From Desulfobacterales bacterium (GTDB taxonomy: Bacteria > Desulfobacterota > Desulfobacteria > Desulfobacterales > UBA5852), in NCBI GenBank assembly GCA_963674755.2, contig CAXXVS010000003.1, positions 1,408,001 to 1,472,000 on the forward strand: a stretch of DNA of 64,000 nucleotides, in the 5' to 3' direction. A program made the translations under genes and the position numbers. Shown in pieces: positions 61,608 through 64,000 of the stretch. How positions within the stretch are numbered: position 1 is the stretch's first letter; each line of letters starts with the position of its first letter. The notes under the pieces are model-generated. The model was not told where the DNA came from. It did no database searches and worked only from the letters and a program-made list of their open reading frames with translations.

Positions 61608-62492
61608 TCAGGTAGGCGTGGTTTGGCGGACGGTCGCCTGGAATGAGGATAGGGGGCGGTCGGCAGCGGTCAGGGATGCTGTTGCCCGATATGTTTCCGA
61701 TTCCTGTTCCAGGCGGCAGAGAACCTGCACCCTTTGTCCGGGCCGCAACGGTTCGCGGAATTTGGCTTTGTCGAGGCGTTCCAGCACAACCGGGTTGCGC
61801 CAAGCGGAGGCCAACATGGCCAGGACCACCCGGACCTGGGCAAAGGCGGGCAGCACCGGGTTGCCGGGAAAATGGCCCTGGAAAGCGATGAAGGGCTGCG
61901 GGAAGCAGAAAGAACGGACGATGGTATGGTCATTCTCCCATTCCAGCGGGCAGAGGGCGGCGGAGGCCATGGCCTGGTCCCAGGGGGCAGGAGGGGTAAA
62001 AGTGGCTGGGGCTTCGCTCCCGGGCGCAGGGGCAGGTTTCTCGTCGGGAGGCACCAGCCAAAGCTTGAGTCGTCCCCGGGCCAGACATCGATCCCGGCGG
62101 TGAACCTGGCCCCGGACTACCACGAAGGCACCGATATGATCGCTTTCCTGCATGGTGACGCTGACCCGGTCCCCGATTCGGGCGGTGCCGCTGAAAGAAA
62201 CGGCGTCGGCGCCCACCAGATAGCCGGTCTGGGGCGGTGCATCGTGTTGCCGCTCGCGCCAGCCCTTCACCGCCGCAAAGGTCTGGGCAATGAGCTCCAA
62301 ATGGGCGGTGGGATTCAGGCGGCCGTCCGGATCGATAAAGAGCGGATTGCCGGGAATCGAAACTCCGGCACGGCCACCCCGGTCATCCACCGCCTGGAGG
62401 GTATCGATCAGACGTACCGGCCGCCGGTGGGGCAGCAATCCGGCGGCCGGTGCCGGCAGGCCGGCAATGGCATTTCGTTCAGATTGAGGCAT
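61608..62492 (-). CDS. Two-domain hotdog dehydratase-like protein
   Basis: LLPHRRPVRLID..ELIAQ; second domain FQGHFPGNPVLPA. Confidence 0.82.
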   Translation of the reverse strand: MPQSERNAIAGLPAPAAGLLPHRRPVRLIDTLQAVDDRGGRAGVSIPGNPLFIDPDGRLNPTAHLELIAQTFAAVKGWRERQHDAPPQTGYLVGADAVSFSGTARIGDRVSVTMQESDHIGAFVVVRGQVHRRDRCLARGRLKLWLVPPDEKPAPAPGSEAPATFTPPAPWDQAMASAALCPLEWENDHTIVRSFCFPQPFIAFQGHFPGNPVLPAFAQVRVVLAMLASAWRNPVVLERLDKAKFREPLRPGQRVQVLCRLEQESETYRATASLTAADRPLSSFQATVRQTTPT

Positions 62493-62502
62493 GCCGGGCG
62501 GG

Positions 62503-63093
62503 CTATTGCACGCTGGTAACTTTGCCGTTGCTGAAGGTCACTGATTTCATGACCCAGCGGTTGCGCCAGTAGGTCCAGACGTTGTCTTCGAGGGAGGGCG
62601 TGCGGTGTTTGGCCGGGTAGCCCCAGGCGATTTCGACGCCCTTTTTGGTCATGCCCTTCAAAACGCGCCCCTCCTTGATGCCCTTGAGATCCGTGGCGCT
62701 GAAGCCTTTCAACGACAAGGGCTGGGGGCCGGTGATCAGATCGAGGTATTCCTTCACCGACATGCCGCCCATGTTGCCGGAGCGGTACTCGAAGTAGATC
62801 AGCTGGCCGTTGTCCTGGCGGGTCATGGTGAAACCGCCCCGCCATTTGCCAATGGAGACCACCGTATTGACCGGCACGAAGAAGTGGCCGGTGTCCGGCT
62901 GGACATAGTTGGCGTAGCTGGCAAGATATTCCATATTGCCGCGGTTGTTGCGGGTATAGCCGTGGATGTTGGTGTGGAGGTAAACACTGGAATAGCCTTC
63001 AATAGGACCCGAAGACACGCTGGCGCATCCCAGCAGACCGAGCAATGCCGTCGTCAAGATGGCCAGAATCATCAACGTGGATTTCGTTCGCAT
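62503..63093 (-). CDS. Lipoprotein
   Basis: MRTKST..LLGC lipobox after AAGGAGG RBS; GMTKKGVEIAWGYP. Confidence 0.8.
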   Translation of the reverse strand: MRTKSTLMILAILTTALLGLLGCASVSSGPIEGYSSVYLHTNIHGYTRNNRGNMEYLASYANYVQPDTGHFFVPVNTVVSIGKWRGGFTMTRQDNGQLIYFEYRSGNMGGMSVKEYLDLITGPQPLSLKGFSATDLKGIKEGRVLKGMTKKGVEIAWGYPAKHRTPSLEDNVWTYWRNRWVMKSVTFSNGKVTSVQ

Positions 63094-63378
63094 GATGTCC
63101 TCCTTTAGGTTTTGGATGGAGCCGGTTCGTCGGGGAAAGAAGTATGAAAAGATACAATAGAACAGTTCAAAAAGATTTCCATGGGGGAAGCCCTGTTTTT
63201 GCGACCATCGTCTGTTCGCGTCGGTTGTTGCGCTTCCGGCACATGGGGCTGATCGTGTTGTCATACGGGACTTCAGCTTGCGGAGAGCGGGCAGCGTAAG
63301 CTATCATGGGTTACCAAAAATTCCAGCGGGGCGCAACATCCGTCCCGCTTGCTATTTGGGGGAAGAAAAGGAGGCGCC

Positions 63379-64000
63379 ATGTTATTTGAATTTGCAACTG
63401 CCGGCCGCATCGTTTTCGGCCGGGGCTGCGCCGCCCGCGTCGGGGAAGAGGCCGCTGCCCTGGGACGGCGGGTATTTGTTCTGACCGGGCGCCACGGGGA
63501 CCGCTGGACGTTTTTGTGGCAAGATCTGGAACGTCGGCGGTTGCCCTGGCAGCGGTTTGCCATTCCCGGCGAGCCCACCGTGGAGATGATCGGGCAGGCG
63601 GCCGCGGCGGCGCAAAGGGCCGCGGCCGACGTCGTGATCGGCATCGGCGGGGGCAGCGTGATTGATGCCGCCAAGGCCGTGGCGGCCAAGGTCGCCAATC
63701 CGGGAGACCTGCTGGACTACCTGGAAGTGATCGGCCGGGGCCGGGCCCTCGCCAAACCGTCCCTGCCCTGCGTGGCCGTGCCCACCACGGCCGGCACGGG
63801 GGCCGAGGTGACCCGCAACGCTGTGCTGCGATCCGCGGGCCACGGGGTGAAGGTCAGCCTGCGCAGTCCCACCATGCTGCCGGTGCGGGCCCTGGTGGAC
63901 CCGGAGCTGACCTTGAGCGTGCCGCCGGCCGTGACCGCTGCTACGGGTATGGATGCCCTGACCCAACTCATGGAAGCCTTTGTCAGTTGCCGGGCCAATC
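63379..64000 (+). CDS. Iron-containing alcohol dehydrogenase, 5' part (runs off window)
   Basis: Manual translation MLFEFATAGRIVFGRG..GEPT..GIGGGSVIDAAKA..PTTAGTGAEVT..GMDALTQ; AAGGAGG RBS. Confidence 0.9.
   Translation, partial: MLFEFATAGRIVFGRGCAARVGEEAAALGRRVFVLTGRHGDRWTFLWQDLERRRLPWQRFAIPGEPTVEMIGQAAAAAQRAAADVVIGIGGGSVIDAAKAVAAKVANPGDLLDYLEVIGRGRALAKPSLPCVAVPTTAGTGAEVTRNAVLRSAGHGVKVSLRSPTMLPVRALVDPELTLSVPPAVTAATGMDALTQLMEAFVSCRAN

Larger units (their letters stand above)
38100..62492. other. Type II FAS/PKS-like lipid biosynthetic cluster with five radical SAM genes
   Basis: KS x3, ACP x2, FabG, dehydratases, thioesterase, acyl-AMP ligase, LolA-like protein, DUF2062-like protein. Confidence 0.8.

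Noticed and set aside
1..64000. tRNA, rRNA, riboswitch or prophage genes
   Set aside because: None recognised by eye; covariance-model searches were not run

Overview
GC-rich bacterial DNA whose gene content (Ech/NuoL-like subunit, LdhH-type lactate oxidation, TRAP and ABC transporters, many radical SAM enzymes) suggests an anaerobic Desulfobacterota-like host; this taxonomy is inference. Four zones. (1) ~1.2-13.7 kb: a degenerate integron. An integron integrase is reduced by an in-frame internal deletion to 79 aa and followed in the same orientation by an attI-like site and an AT-rich cassette array with six well-formed attC sites. The array carries a membrane-anchored HerA-like ATPase ending in an SSB-like DDDIPF tail, an IS1595 remnant, an intact IS5 element, a TM-protein/P-loop ATPase pair and a second attI-like site. 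(2) 13.7-27 kb: GGDEF fragment, hybrid histidine kinase, NucS-like nuclease, then a GntR / amino-acid ABC / two MmgE-PrpD / hutU cluster. (3) 27-38 kb: modules stacked next to the 3' end of a B12 radical SAM gene, whose end is present in three versions; includes a lactate module (FadR-type regulator, TRAP, LutC, LdhH). (4) 38-62.5 kb: a large type II FAS/PKS-like lipid cluster (3 KS genes, 2 ACPs, several dehydratases, 5 radical SAMs, LolA-like protein, acyl-AMP ligase), interrupted by an XPF-like nuclease and hipBA. A 64-bp palindromic element occurs three times, each time at a gene or attC truncation. No rRNA, tRNA or CRISPR array was seen. All calls come from reading motifs by eye; no database search was run.
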